Part shown: piece by piece, positions 42,905 to 52,544 of the stretch
Position numbering within the stretch: position 1 is the first letter of the stretch
Layout of the letters: each line of letters starts with the position of its first letter
Source: an uncultured Gemmatimonadales bacterium
GTDB taxonomy: Bacteria; Gemmatimonadota; Gemmatimonadetes; Gemmatimonadales; GWC2-71-9
Length of the DNA: 64,000 bases
Assembly (NCBI GenBank): GCA_963728705.1
Contig: CAVSLY010000024.1
Span: forward strand, 7,357 to 71,356
Direction of reading: 5' to 3'
Position numbers and translations under genes: made by a program
The notes under the pieces: generated by a model
The model's input: only the letters and a program-made list of their open reading frames with translations
Database searches by the model: none
Told to the model about the DNA's origin: nothing

Positions 42905-44047
42905 TCAGCCCTCGACCACGTACAGCTCGCGCGACGCCTCGTTGAGAGAGACGGGGCCGTCGTCGCCACACAGGACGATGTCCTCGATCCGCGCGCCGTA
43001 CTCGCCGGACAGGTAGATCCCCGGTTCGACGCTGAACGTCATGCCGGGGCGGAGCGGCAGCTCGTTGCCGGCCACCAGGTACGGATCTTCGTGACCCTCG
43101 AGGCCGATGCCGTGCCCCGTGCGGTGAAAGTACGCCTCGCCATAGCCTTCGGCCTCGATCGGCGCCCGCGCGGCGGCGTCGACCGCCTCGCATGGCGTGC
43201 CCGGTCGCGCCGCGCGGGTGGCGGCCTGCTGGGCGCCGTACAGGACCGCGAACAGGTGGCGGAATCGCTCGTCGGGGCCGAGTGTCGCATCGCCGCCAGT
43301 TACCCACAGCGTCCTCGTGATGTCCGATCCGTATCCGCCGAGGGTGCCACCGATGTCGAGCACGATCGGCTCGCCGGGCCGGATCACGCGCTCGGATGCC
43401 TCGTGGTGCGGCGATGCGGAGTTGGGACCCGAGCCGACGATCGCGAAGTGGGCCTCGTCGTGGCCCTCGGCGATGAGGCGCTCGCGTACCTCCCGTGCGA
43501 CATCGGCCTCCGTCCGCCCGACCAGGCGGCCGGCTGCGATCTGGGCGACCACCCGATCGGCCGCCTGGGCGGCGAGCCGCAACAGGGCGATCTCCTCGGC
43601 ATCCTTGATCATCCGGAGCTCGCGCAGCACGGTCGAGGCCAGCGAGTACTCGACATTCGGGCCCAGGGTCTCCTGGAGCCGGAGCATGTGCATCGCGAGG
43701 AGCGTGTCAGACACCGCGACCCGGTGCGACGATGGGCCTGCCACCGCCAGGGCATGGGGATCGTCGGTCTCGTCCCAGGTCACGATCTCGAGCTGGGTCC
43801 GCAGGCCGGCCTCCGCGGCGCTGTGTTCCAGGCGCGGCACGACGACGAACGGCGACCGTTCCGGGCGGATGACGAGCATCGTCAGCCGCTCGAGCGGCAT
43901 CGCCTCGTAGCCGGTCAGGTAGCGCAGGTCCGAGCCGACGCCGACGAACAGCGCATCCAGCCCGGCCGCCGCCGTCGCGGCGACGGCGCGCTCCAGCCGG
44001 TGCGCGAAACGCGTGCCTGGGACGACGGGCCTTGCCGCGACCGTCAC
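42905..44047 (-). CDS. Xaa-Pro peptidase (M24B)
   Basis: LDIGG..GYGSDITRT, HRTGHGIGLEGHE, FSVEPGIY, RIEDIV. Confidence 0.92.
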   Translation of the reverse strand: MTVAARPVVPGTRFAHRLERAVAATAAAGLDALFVGVGSDLRYLTGYEAMPLERLTMLVIRPERSPFVVVPRLEHSAAEAGLRTQLEIVTWDETDDPHALAVAGPSSHRVAVSDTLLAMHMLRLQETLGPNVEYSLASTVLRELRMIKDAEEIALLRLAAQAADRVVAQIAAGRLVGRTEADVAREVRERLIAEGHDEAHFAIVGSGPNSASPHHEASERVIRPGEPIVLDIGGTLGGYGSDITRTLWVTGGDATLGPDERFRHLFAVLYGAQQAATRAARPGTPCEAVDAAARAPIEAEGYGEAYFHRTGHGIGLEGHEDPYLVAGNELPLRPGMTFSVEPGIYLSGEYGARIEDIVLCGDDGPVSLNEASRELYVVEG

Positions 44048-44415
44048 GACCCGATCACGGCCGGCCGGCCGAGCCACGCACCGATCGTCGCCGGCCCGTC
44101 CACGAACAGCTTGCGGTACGCGTAGACCCGGTCGGCGCCGGCGGCCAGCGCGCGCTTGCGGAGCTCGTGGTCGTCGTGCTGGCCGACCGCCATGACCCGC
44201 GTCCCGGCCGCGGTGGCCAGCTCGAGGGCGGCCACCCCGTCATAGGCCAGGGCGGTCAGGTCGACGATGGCCGCGTCGCTCCTCGTTAGGGCCTCGCGGA
44301 AGCGTTCGAGCGAGGCGACGCGAACGGGCTCCGCGCCGGCCGCCGTGACACCCCGTGCCAATCGGTCGGCCCAGATAAGGTCCTGCGCCAGGACGACGAC
44401 GACGCGCGTGGTCAC
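44044..44415 (-). CDS. Atypical stand-alone receiver-like protein
   Basis: AIVDLT, GQHDDHELRKRALAAGADRV; coupled to neighbours. Confidence 0.6.
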   Translation of the reverse strand: MTTRVVVVLAQDLIWADRLARGVTAAGAEPVRVASLERFREALTRSDAAIVDLTALAYDGVAALELATAAGTRVMAVGQHDDHELRKRALAAGADRVYAYRKLFVDGPATIGAWLGRPAVIGS

Positions 44416-44924
44416 GACGAGGCGCGATCCATCGAGGTGGCGAGGTGGTGGAACACGTCGCGCGCGGTGACGACGCCCGTGGGCCGGCCGTTCTCGAGGA
44501 TCGGGATGTGGCGGAACCCGCCGACGGCCATCTTGTGGATGGCGACCGCGATCGAGTCGTCGTGGCGAAGGACGACCGGATCGGGCGTCATGAAGTCGCG
44601 GACGTGGAACGACGTGAGGTGCTTGCCCGCGGCCTTCACGACGGCGTCGCGATCGGTGAAGATGCCGACCAGGCGGTCGTCGGCCATGACGAGCACGCAG
44701 TCGGTCTCGGCCTCGTGCATGCGCGCGATCGCGACATCGAGCGGGGTGTCGGGGGTGACCTCGATCGGCGGCGGGGCGCCGAGCCGGTCGAGATGCTCAC
44801 CCAGGAGCTCGCCCTTGAACGACGGCGCCTGTTGCGGGATGTCGTGGCCGAAGATGTCGGCGCCGCAGTTGTCGCAGATGTCGGCCCCGACAAGGTTGTC
44901 GAAACCGCACGACGGGCAGCGCAT
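44412..44924 (-). CDS. CBS-pair protein with N-terminal zinc ribbon
   Basis: MRCPSCGFDN..ADICDNCG; LVGIFTDRD; GGFRHIPI. Confidence 0.85.
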   Translation of the reverse strand: MRCPSCGFDNLVGADICDNCGADIFGHDIPQQAPSFKGELLGEHLDRLGAPPPIEVTPDTPLDVAIARMHEAETDCVLVMADDRLVGIFTDRDAVVKAAGKHLTSFHVRDFMTPDPVVLRHDDSIAVAIHKMAVGGFRHIPILENGRPTGVVTARDVFHHLATSMDRASS

Positions 44925-44986
44925 CCCGCCCGTGCCGGCCTCCTGGCCGGCCACGATGCCGTCGTGACCGGCGTCGATCGCGGTGT

Positions 44987-46066
44987 CTACTCGACCGTCC
45001 ATGTCTCTCCGCCTTGCATCACGCGCTCCAGATCGCCCGGCCCGGACCGCGCCACGGCCGCCGAGAGCTGGTCCTCCAGCAGGCGGTCGTGCGTCGGCCG
45101 GCTGGTCGCCCGCAGGACGCCCACCGGGACCGGGTAGTCCGGCCAGAACATCCGCGACAGGACGAACGCCAGGTACGGGTCCTCGGCGGACTCGTCGTGG
45201 ACCAGCAGGTCCGCCTCGGTGATGCCCTCCTGCCCGATGGTGACGACCTCGGGGTGGAGGCCGTCGAGCCGGATGCCCTTGTCGCGGTCCTTGCCGAAGA
45301 TCATCGGCTTGCCGTGCTCGAGGAAGAGCATCCGGTCCTCGCGGACCTCGCGGTCGGTGAAGTCGCGCCAGGCACCGTCGTTGAAGATGTTGCAGTTCTG
45401 GAGGACCTCGATGAACGAGGAGCCCTTGTGGCGGCCGCCACGCTCCAGCGTCTGCTGGAGATGCTCGGTGTGGGTGTCGACCGAGCGGGCGACGAACGTC
45501 GCCTCCGCCGCGAGCGCGATGGTCAGCGGCATGATCGGCGTGTCGATCGAGCCGACCGGCGTCGACTTCGTCTTCTTGCCGAACTCCGAGGTCGGGGACG
45601 CCTGGCCCTTGGTCAGCCCGTAGATCCGGTTGTTGAACATCACGAGGTTGATGTCGACGTTGCGGCGCATCGAGTGGAGGACGTGGTTGCCGCCGATGCT
45701 GAGCGCATCGCCGTCGCCGGTGATCACCCAGACCATGAGGTCGGGCCGCGCGGCCTTGAGGCCGGTCGCGAGCGTCGGGGCCCGACCGTGGATCGTGTGG
45801 AACCCGTACGTGTTCATGTAGTACGGCAACCGGCCGGAGCAGCCGATGCCGCTGATGAAGACGATGTCCTCCTTCTTGTAGCCGAAGTCGGGCATGACCT
45901 TCTGGGTCTGGGCGAGGATCGAGTAGTCGCCGCAGCCCGGGCACCAGCGGACCTCCTGGTCGGACACGAAGTCCTTGCGGGTCAGCGCGATGATCTGGGC
46001 GTTCTCCGGGCTCAGCGGTGGCTGGGCCGGAACGGAAGCGTCGTTGCCGTTGGTCCCCGTGGTCAC
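44987..46066 (-). CDS. korB: 2-oxoacid:ferredoxin oxidoreductase beta subunit
   Basis: [37 protein letters not shown]. Confidence 0.93.
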   Translation of the reverse strand: MTTGTNGNDASVPAQPPLSPENAQIIALTRKDFVSDQEVRWCPGCGDYSILAQTQKVMPDFGYKKEDIVFISGIGCSGRLPYYMNTYGFHTIHGRAPTLATGLKAARPDLMVWVITGDGDALSIGGNHVLHSMRRNVDINLVMFNNRIYGLTKGQASPTSEFGKKTKSTPVGSIDTPIMPLTIALAAEATFVARSVDTHTEHLQQTLERGGRHKGSSFIEVLQNCNIFNDGAWRDFTDREVREDRMLFLEHGKPMIFGKDRDKGIRLDGLHPEVVTIGQEGITEADLLVHDESAEDPYLAFVLSRMFWPDYPVPVGVLRATSRPTHDRLLEDQLSAAVARSGPGDLERVMQGGETWTVE

Positions 46067-46067
46067 G

Positions 46068-47987
46068 TCAGTCGACCCCCTGGCCGCTATTCGGGCTGCT
46101 GCCACCGGCGACCGAGTCCCCGGTCCGTCCGTCGCCGACGCCGAGGATCCGTTCGGCCTCCTCGACGATCTCCGCGATGCGGAAGGGCTTGCCGCGTACA
46201 CGGTCGTAGCCGATGGCATCGATCAGGTACTTCGCGCGCACGAGCATCAGCAGCTGGCCCAGGTTGACCTCGGGGATCAGGACCCGCCGATAGCTTCGAA
46301 GGACGTCCCCGGTGTTGGCCGGGAAGGGGTTGAGGTGGCGGAGATGTGCGTGGGCGACGGACTTCCCCTCGGCCTGGAGGCGCTCGGCCGCGGACCGGAT
46401 CGCGCCGTAGGTCGAGCCCCAGCCGAGGATCAGGAGGTCCCCCTCCGCCGGCCCGAAGACCTCCAGCGGCGGGATGTCCTTCGCGATCCCCGCGACCTTG
46501 GCCGCCCGCAGCATCTGCATCTTGTGGTGGTTGTCCGGGTCGTAGCTGACGTTGCCCGTGCCGTCGGCCTTCTCGAGGCCGCCGATGCGGTGCTCCAGCC
46601 CGGCCGTGCCCGGGACGGCCCACGGCCGGGCGAGCGTCTCGGGATCGCGCAGGTACGGCTGGAACGGACCGTCCTCCCTGGTCGCGTTCGAGACCGCGAT
46701 GCTCGGCAGGTCGGCGACGGACGGGATCTGCCACGGCTCCGAACCGGTGGCCAGGAACGCGTCGGACAGGTAGACGACCGGGGTCATGTACTTGAGCGCG
46801 ATGCGTGCCGCCTCGATGGCGTAATCGAAGCATTCGCCGGGCGTCGCGGGCGCGACGATCGGGATCGGGGAGTCGGAGTTCCGCCCGAACATCACCTGGA
46901 GCAGGTCGGCCTGCTCGTTCTTGGTCGGCATCCCGGTGGACGGTCCGGCGCGCTGGACATCGATGACGACGAGCGGCAGCTCGACCATGACCGCGAGGCC
47001 CATGGCCTCGGTCTTGAGCGCGATACCCGGCCCTGACGACGCGGTCAGGCCGAGCGCTCCGCCGTAGCTCGCCCCGATGGCGGCGCCGATGGCCGCGATC
47101 TCGTCCTCGGCCTGGAAGGTCTTGACCCCGAAGGCCTTGTAGCCGGACAGCTGGTGGAGGATGTCGCTGGCCGGGGTGATCGGGTAGGAGCCGTAGAACA
47201 GCGGCCGGTCCGCGAGCTTGCTCGCGGCGAGGAAACCCAGCGCGGTCGCCTCGTTCCCGGTGATGTTGCGGTACAGGCCGGGCGGCAGCTTGGCCGGCAG
47301 CACGCGGTAGTGCGTGTGGAACATCTCGGTCGTCTCGCCGAACGCGTAGCCCGCCCGCAGGGCGCGCTTGTTGGCCTCGGCGACGACCGGGCGGGCCGAG
47401 AACTTCGCGTCGATCCAGCCGAGGGTCGGATCCATGCTTCGCTCGTACAGCCAGAACATGATCCCGAGCGCGAAGAAGTTCTTGGTCAGGTCCTTCTGCT
47501 TGCTCGTCATGTCGAGCCCGTCGAGCGAGCGTTCGTTGAGCGACGAGATCGGGATCTCGAAGGTGGTGTACGACTTCAGCGAGCCGTCGGTGAGCGGGTT
47601 CGACGCGTAGGCCGCCTTGTTGAGGTTGGCCTGGGTGAAGGCGTCGCTGTTGACGATCAGCGCGCCGCCGGGCGGCAGGTCGCCGATGTTCGTCTTGAGC
47701 GCGGCCGGGTTCATGGCCACCAGGACGTCGGGGGCGTCGCCGGGCGTGTGGATCTCGGTCGAGCTGAAGCTGATCTGGAACCCGCTCACGCCGGGCAGGG
47801 AGCCAGCGGGCGCGCGGATCTCCGCGGGGAAGTCGGGCAGCGTGCTGATGTCGTTGCCGAAGACGGCGGCCGTCCGGGTGAACTGGGTGCCGGTCAGCTG
47901 CATGCCGTCGCCGGAATCGCCCGCGAACCGGATCGTGACCCGCTCGAGCTCCTGGATCGGGAGCTCGGTCTCGGTGGTGATGGTCAC
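46068..47987 (-). CDS. korA: 2-oxoacid:acceptor oxidoreductase alpha subunit
   Basis: FAGDSGDGMQLTG, YPITPAS, QAEDEIAA, SGPG, QRAGPSTGMPTK. Confidence 0.94.
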   Translation of the reverse strand: MTITTETELPIQELERVTIRFAGDSGDGMQLTGTQFTRTAAVFGNDISTLPDFPAEIRAPAGSLPGVSGFQISFSSTEIHTPGDAPDVLVAMNPAALKTNIGDLPPGGALIVNSDAFTQANLNKAAYASNPLTDGSLKSYTTFEIPISSLNERSLDGLDMTSKQKDLTKNFFALGIMFWLYERSMDPTLGWIDAKFSARPVVAEANKRALRAGYAFGETTEMFHTHYRVLPAKLPPGLYRNITGNEATALGFLAASKLADRPLFYGSYPITPASDILHQLSGYKAFGVKTFQAEDEIAAIGAAIGASYGGALGLTASSGPGIALKTEAMGLAVMVELPLVVIDVQRAGPSTGMPTKNEQADLLQVMFGRNSDSPIPIVAPATPGECFDYAIEAARIALKYMTPVVYLSDAFLATGSEPWQIPSVADLPSIAVSNATREDGPFQPYLRDPETLARPWAVPGTAGLEHRIGGLEKADGTGNVSYDPDNHHKMQMLRAAKVAGIAKDIPPLEVFGPAEGDLLILGWGSTYGAIRSAAERLQAEGKSVAHAHLRHLNPFPANTGDVLRSYRRVLIPEVNLGQLLMLVRAKYLIDAIGYDRVRGKPFRIAEIVEEAERILGVGDGRTGDSVAGGSSPNSGQGVD

Positions 47988-48484
47988 GCCCCTTCCGGCT
48001 CCTTCATGCGCTGGTGCGGCCGCGGCGGGAGGTTGAGGAGTTCCTCGGGGAACGACTCGGCCAGGTACTTGATGATGTCGTTCTGGCGGACGACGCCGAC
48101 CAGGTGCCCCGCGCCGTCGACCAGCGGGATGTTCCGGTAGGTCCCGGTCTGCATGAGCTCGATCGCGTCGCGGATCGTCTGGTCGAGGTCGAGCGTCTTC
48201 GGCTCCGTCGTCATCAGCGTCTCGACCGGCTGGTGCAGGTCGACGTGACCGCCGACGATGCGGCCGAAGATGTCGCGTTCCGTCAGCACTCCGCGGAGGG
48301 CGCCGTCGTGCTCGCAGACGAAGACCGAATCGCCGGTCCCCGTGCGCTGGATGGCCCGCAGGCAGTCCGCGAGGCTGGTACCGGGCGGCACGGTGACGGG
48401 ATGGCGGCGGCTGAGGACGCGCAGGCGCTCGTCGGTCAGTGATGGGACGCGACTGGCGACCACGCCTTCGGAGAGGTCGGTCAC
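47984..48484 (-). CDS. CBS-pair protein
   Basis: GVLTERD, LMTTEP, YRNIPLVD; GTGA overlap with korA. Confidence 0.85.
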   Translation of the reverse strand: MTDLSEGVVASRVPSLTDERLRVLSRRHPVTVPPGTSLADCLRAIQRTGTGDSVFVCEHDGALRGVLTERDIFGRIVGGHVDLHQPVETLMTTEPKTLDLDQTIRDAIELMQTGTYRNIPLVDGAGHLVGVVRQNDIIKYLAESFPEELLNLPPRPHQRMKEPEGA

Positions 48485-48543
48485 GCCCGAAGTGTAGACC
48501 GTCCCTGCGCGAGACGGTTGCGCGCTGGTAGCGTCCGCGCCGC

Positions 48544-49527
48544 ATGGATCGACGTCGCGCTGTGGGCATCGGACTCGTCCTGGTCGCGGGGGCGAGCTTC
48601 GCGTCCGGATCGATCCTCGCCACGCTCAGCTATGGCGAGGGCCTCGACTGGCTCGGCGTCATGTGGTGGCGATTCCTGATCGGTGCCGGCCTGGCCTGGG
48701 CCTGGGTGCTGGCGTCGGCCCGGCGCCGGGCAGTCCTCCGGGCGATGCCGCGCCGGCAGGTGGCCGTCGCGCTCGGTCTCGGGGCGGTCTATACGGGCAA
48801 CGCCGGCACGTACTACGCGGGCATCGAGACCGTGCCGGCGGCCCTGGCCGGCGTCCTCGTGTACGTCTACCCGGTGTTCGTGGCCTTGCTGTCGCTGCGT
48901 TTCGCGACCCGGTTGCCCGGCCGGCGGCCGTGGATCGCGCTGGCGCTGGCGATGGCCGGTGTGGGGCTGGCCGTGGGCAGCCTCGACTTCTCGGGCGACG
49001 TTCCCGTCCCCGGGCTCCTCCTGATCCTCGCGTCGGCGTCGATCTACTCGGTCTGGATCGTGCTGTCGGCGCGCCTGTCCGGCGAACGGCAGGACCGGCT
49101 CGGGAGCGAGGCGCCGGCGTCCGCCGAGACCGCCCGGGACGCGGCCGTCACGACAGCGCTGATGATGGTGTCGACGGCGGCCGTCTTCGGCTTCCTCACC
49201 CTCGTGACGGGCCGCCCGCTGGGTCCAGGTGCCGTGCCAGTCGGGGCCTGGCCGTTCCTGGTGGGCATCGGGTTGATCGCGACGTTCACGGCGATCCAGA
49301 CGCTGTACGCCGGGGCGCGGCGCATCGGGGCGGCCCGGGCGGCGCTGATCAGCACGACCGAGCCGTTGTTCATCGTGGCGCTGTCATTCCTGCTGCTGGA
49401 CCAGACCCTGACGCCCGTCCAGCTGGCCGGGGCGGCGCTGATCGTGGTCGGCGTGGTCATCGCGCAGACCTCGCCGCGACCCCCCGGAGCGCCCGAGCCC
49501 GCGACGCCGCTCGAAGCCGAGGGCTGA
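48544..49527 (+). CDS. DMT (EamA) family transporter
   Basis: About 10 TM helices, YVYPVFVALL, IGAARAALISTTEP. Confidence 0.88.
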   Translation: MDRRRAVGIGLVLVAGASFASGSILATLSYGEGLDWLGVMWWRFLIGAGLAWAWVLASARRRAVLRAMPRRQVAVALGLGAVYTGNAGTYYAGIETVPAALAGVLVYVYPVFVALLSLRFATRLPGRRPWIALALAMAGVGLAVGSLDFSGDVPVPGLLLILASASIYSVWIVLSARLSGERQDRLGSEAPASAETARDAAVTTALMMVSTAAVFGFLTLVTGRPLGPGAVPVGAWPFLVGIGLIATFTAIQTLYAGARRIGAARAALISTTEPLFIVALSFLLLDQTLTPVQLAGAALIVVGVVIAQTSPRPPGAPEPATPLEAEG

Positions 49528-49536
49528 TGGGGCCGA

Positions 49537-50298
49537 TCAGCCCCGTCCGGCCGCCTTGAGCATGGCGGTCGCGCCGGCGGATACGTACGAGCCCTCCGAG
49601 CCAAGTCCGATGAACCGGAACCCGAGCTCGAGGTGGCGGTCGAGCACGCCGGCGTCGTACACCAGGATCCCCGCGGCCTTGCCGTGCCGTTGGGTGGCGG
49701 CCACGACGGTCCGCAGCGCCTCGAGATATGACGGATCGTCGAACCGACCGGGCACGCCGAGCGCGTGCGAGAGATCGGCCGGACCCACGAACAGCACGTC
49801 GACCTCGTCGAGAGCGGCGATCTCGTCCGCGGCCGCGACCGCGCCGGCCGACTCGATCTGCACGATCCCGACGATCCGCGCGTTCACGACGCGAGAGACG
49901 TCCCCGTGCGCGAGCGAGCCCAGGTCCGCGCCGCGCGTCCGGAGGGCCACGCCGCGGACGCCGACCGGCGGGTAGCGCAGGTAGGACACCGCCTCGCGGA
50001 CCTGCTCGATCGACTGGAGCTGCGGGAGCATGATCCCGGCCGCCCCGAGGTCGAGCGCCCGACCCACCCGCAGCCGCTCGGCCGACGGCGGGCGGACGAT
50101 GGGCGCCATCGGCGTGGTCCCGACGGCATAGAGCAGGGCGAGCAGGTCGGCTTCGGTCGAGGCGCCATGCTCCAGGTCGAGGACGGTCCAGTCCATGCCG
50201 GCGCGGCCGAGCAGCTCCGCCGCGAGCGGCGAGCCGAGATCGCTGAACGACCCGATGAGCGTCTCCCCGGCGAGGACCCGGGAACGGAAGTCGGCCAT
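49537..50298 (-). CDS. HpcH/HpaI aldolase family protein
   Basis: DLEHG, RALDLGAAGIMLP, YPPVGVRG, QIES, FVGPADLS. Confidence 0.9.
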   Translation of the reverse strand: MADFRSRVLAGETLIGSFSDLGSPLAAELLGRAGMDWTVLDLEHGASTEADLLALLYAVGTTPMAPIVRPPSAERLRVGRALDLGAAGIMLPQLQSIEQVREAVSYLRYPPVGVRGVALRTRGADLGSLAHGDVSRVVNARIVGIVQIESAGAVAAADEIAALDEVDVLFVGPADLSHALGVPGRFDDPSYLEALRTVVAATQRHGKAAGILVYDAGVLDRHLELGFRFIGLGSEGSYVSAGATAMLKAAGRG

Positions 50299-50392
50299 GG
50301 CCCCTGATGATGGCGCGTCGGGCGGCGGCGTGTGCGGCGCTGCCGCTGCCGGCGCCGGGGGTCGGGGTCGGGCGGCGGAGGCGGAGGCGCGG

Positions 50393-51820
50393 CTAGGGCG
50401 TGCTGACCAGGCCGGTCGTGTCGACGACCTCGAGATGCCGCCCGGTGATGACGTCGAGCTCGTGGAGCACGTCGTCGTCGAAGCGCGCGTCGCTCATGCC
50501 ACTGACGTACCAGGGCGATCCGTTGTCCGCGAGGATCATCCCGTAGCGCTTCAGCGCCTCGGCGATGACCCGGGCGTGTGGCGACAGGCCGGACGTGTCG
50601 TATGACGCCTTGAGCCGGACCCGAAGACCCATCGGCGGCAGGCTCGCGGACGTCGACGAACCGGCCTGGTGGCGTGCCGGGTAGATGTACGCCTGCCGCG
50701 TCTGGTTCGTGGTGAACCGGAGCGCGTGCTGGATCGCCCCGGCCGCGACCTCGTCGTAGCGGACGAGGCCGGGAAGGATCGGCAGTCCGGCAGCGTCGGC
50801 GCTGGTCCAACCGGCCGGACGAAGCGCATTCGAGCGCAGGTCCCAAGTCGCGCCGCTGCCGGCGTGCCACGTGCCGTCTTCGCGATACGCGGCGAACAGC
50901 TCGTACAGGCGGCAGCCGTCACCGTCGACCATGAGGATGTGGCGGTCGCCGCCGGCGCCGGCCCCGCCCTCGATCAGCGGCGACGCCGGGATCGGGTAGC
51001 CGACGTGGTCCGACTCGTCGTCGTATTCGAACGTGACGGTGGAGCGGGGCGTCGACGCCGACACGACCTGGTACGGGATGCCGTAGCCGGCGAACGAGCC
51101 GAAGTCCATGTGCAGTCCCCGGTCGAGCCCGATGGCGCCGATCATGGTCGCGGAGTCGGCGGCGACGGAGCGGCCATCGATGCGGGTATTCCAGACGTTG
51201 CCGGCCGGGAACACCGGGCAGGCGGGAGCTCCGGGAAGCGTCGGCGCCGTGCCGGCCGGCGGCGGGGCCGGGTGGCTGGCCGCGTTGCGCGGATCGGTGC
51301 CGGCCGTGACCTCCGCGCCATCGCGGTAGCCATCGCCGTCCGTGTCGGCGCGGTTTGGATGCGTGCCGAGACCCTGTTCAGCGAGGTTGCGCAGGCCGTC
51401 GCGGTCGCGATCCTCCCGTGCGTCCGAGAGGCCGTCGCCGTCGGTGTCCTTCTTGCGCGGATGGACGACCGAGCGGAAGTCGCTCCAGTTCCAGAGCCCA
51501 TCGGCGTCGGCGTCCTCGAGGTCGTCACGCTTGCCGTCGCGGTCCGTGTCCGAGCGGCGGGGACGCGTCCCCGTCGTGTACTCCTGCTTGTTCGTCAGCC
51601 GGTCGCCATCGAGGTCTTCGGATCCGTCCGGGATCCCGTCACCATCCGTGTCGCGCCTCGACGGGTTCGTCCTCGTCCAGTCGCGCTCGTACGTGTTCGG
51701 CAGGCCGTCGGCGTCGATATCGGAGCTGGCTGCCGAGGCCGCACCGGCCGTCCACCCAACCGTCAGGACGACGAGCGCGATGAGCGCAAGCGGGCGAAGG
51801 GCGGTGCGGGACCTCGGCAT
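50393..51820 (-). CDS. Secreted protein with Ca-binding DxDxDG (TSP3-like) repeats and an uncharacterised C-terminal domain
   Basis: Signal peptide; repeated DTDGDG..D; C-terminal CPVFPAGNVWN...GWTSADAAGLPILPGL. Confidence 0.8.
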   Translation of the reverse strand: MPRSRTALRPLALIALVVLTVGWTAGAASAASSDIDADGLPNTYERDWTRTNPSRRDTDGDGIPDGSEDLDGDRLTNKQEYTTGTRPRRSDTDRDGKRDDLEDADADGLWNWSDFRSVVHPRKKDTDGDGLSDAREDRDRDGLRNLAEQGLGTHPNRADTDGDGYRDGAEVTAGTDPRNAASHPAPPPAGTAPTLPGAPACPVFPAGNVWNTRIDGRSVAADSATMIGAIGLDRGLHMDFGSFAGYGIPYQVVSASTPRSTVTFEYDDESDHVGYPIPASPLIEGGAGAGGDRHILMVDGDGCRLYELFAAYREDGTWHAGSGATWDLRSNALRPAGWTSADAAGLPILPGLVRYDEVAAGAIQHALRFTTNQTRQAYIYPARHQAGSSTSASLPPMGLRVRLKASYDTSGLSPHARVIAEALKRYGMILADNGSPWYVSGMSDARFDDDVLHELDVITGRHLEVVDTTGLVSTP

Positions 51821-51991
51821 GGAGACAGGGTCCGTCACCGGCCGCGCCGGTGGCACCGCACCAAGGTCACGGTGGCCCGGGACGATGTGCCGGTTCCGGA
51901 TGGCACCGCCCGACCGCCGTTGAACCTTTCCACCAGTGGGACCATCTGTTGTAGGTGAAGCGCCCGACCTGGGCGCCAGGGAGTCCCGCCG

Positions 51992-52544
51992 ATGAGGACG
52001 AGCACTGGTCGAACGGGCGCGCGAGGGCGACGATGTCGCCTTCGAGCAGCTGGTCGACCTCGACGGCGACCATTGCTATGCCATCGCGTATCGGATCCTT
52101 CGCGATGTCGAGCGGGCCCAGGACGCCGTCCAGCAGGCCTTCCTCCTGGCATGGCGCGAACTCCCACGGCTACGCGATCCGGAACGTTTCGGGCCATGGC
52201 TCCATCGACTGCTCATCAACGCCTGCTATGACGAGTTGCGCCGGCACCGGCGCTGGACGACACGGGTCAGTGCTCTGCCGGTCGACGGACCGGGTGGGCC
52301 CGACCCGATGATCTCGGTCGACGACCGGGACACCCTGGACCGCGCGTTCCGGCGCCTCACGCCGGAGCACCGTGCGGTCTTCGTGCTGCACCACCACACA
52401 GGGCTTCCGCTCGCCGAGATCGCCGACATCGTCGGGGTTCCGCTCGGCACGGTGAAGTCCCGGCTCCACTACGCGACGCGAACCATGCGTGCGGCGATCG
52501 CCGCCGACAGCCGGGTCGATACCACGGAGGCACGACTGGCATGA
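51992..52544 (+). CDS. ECF sigma-70 factor (frameshift near 52005)
   Basis: LVERAREGD..AFEQL, AQDAVQ, WLHRLLINACYD, EIADIVGVPLGTVKSRLHY. Confidence 0.9.

Noticed and set aside
51290-51720. Nucleotide repeats as a CRISPR array or tandem repeat
   Set aside because: They are degenerate coding repeats (DxDxDG); there is no identical repeat-spacer structure and no cas genes
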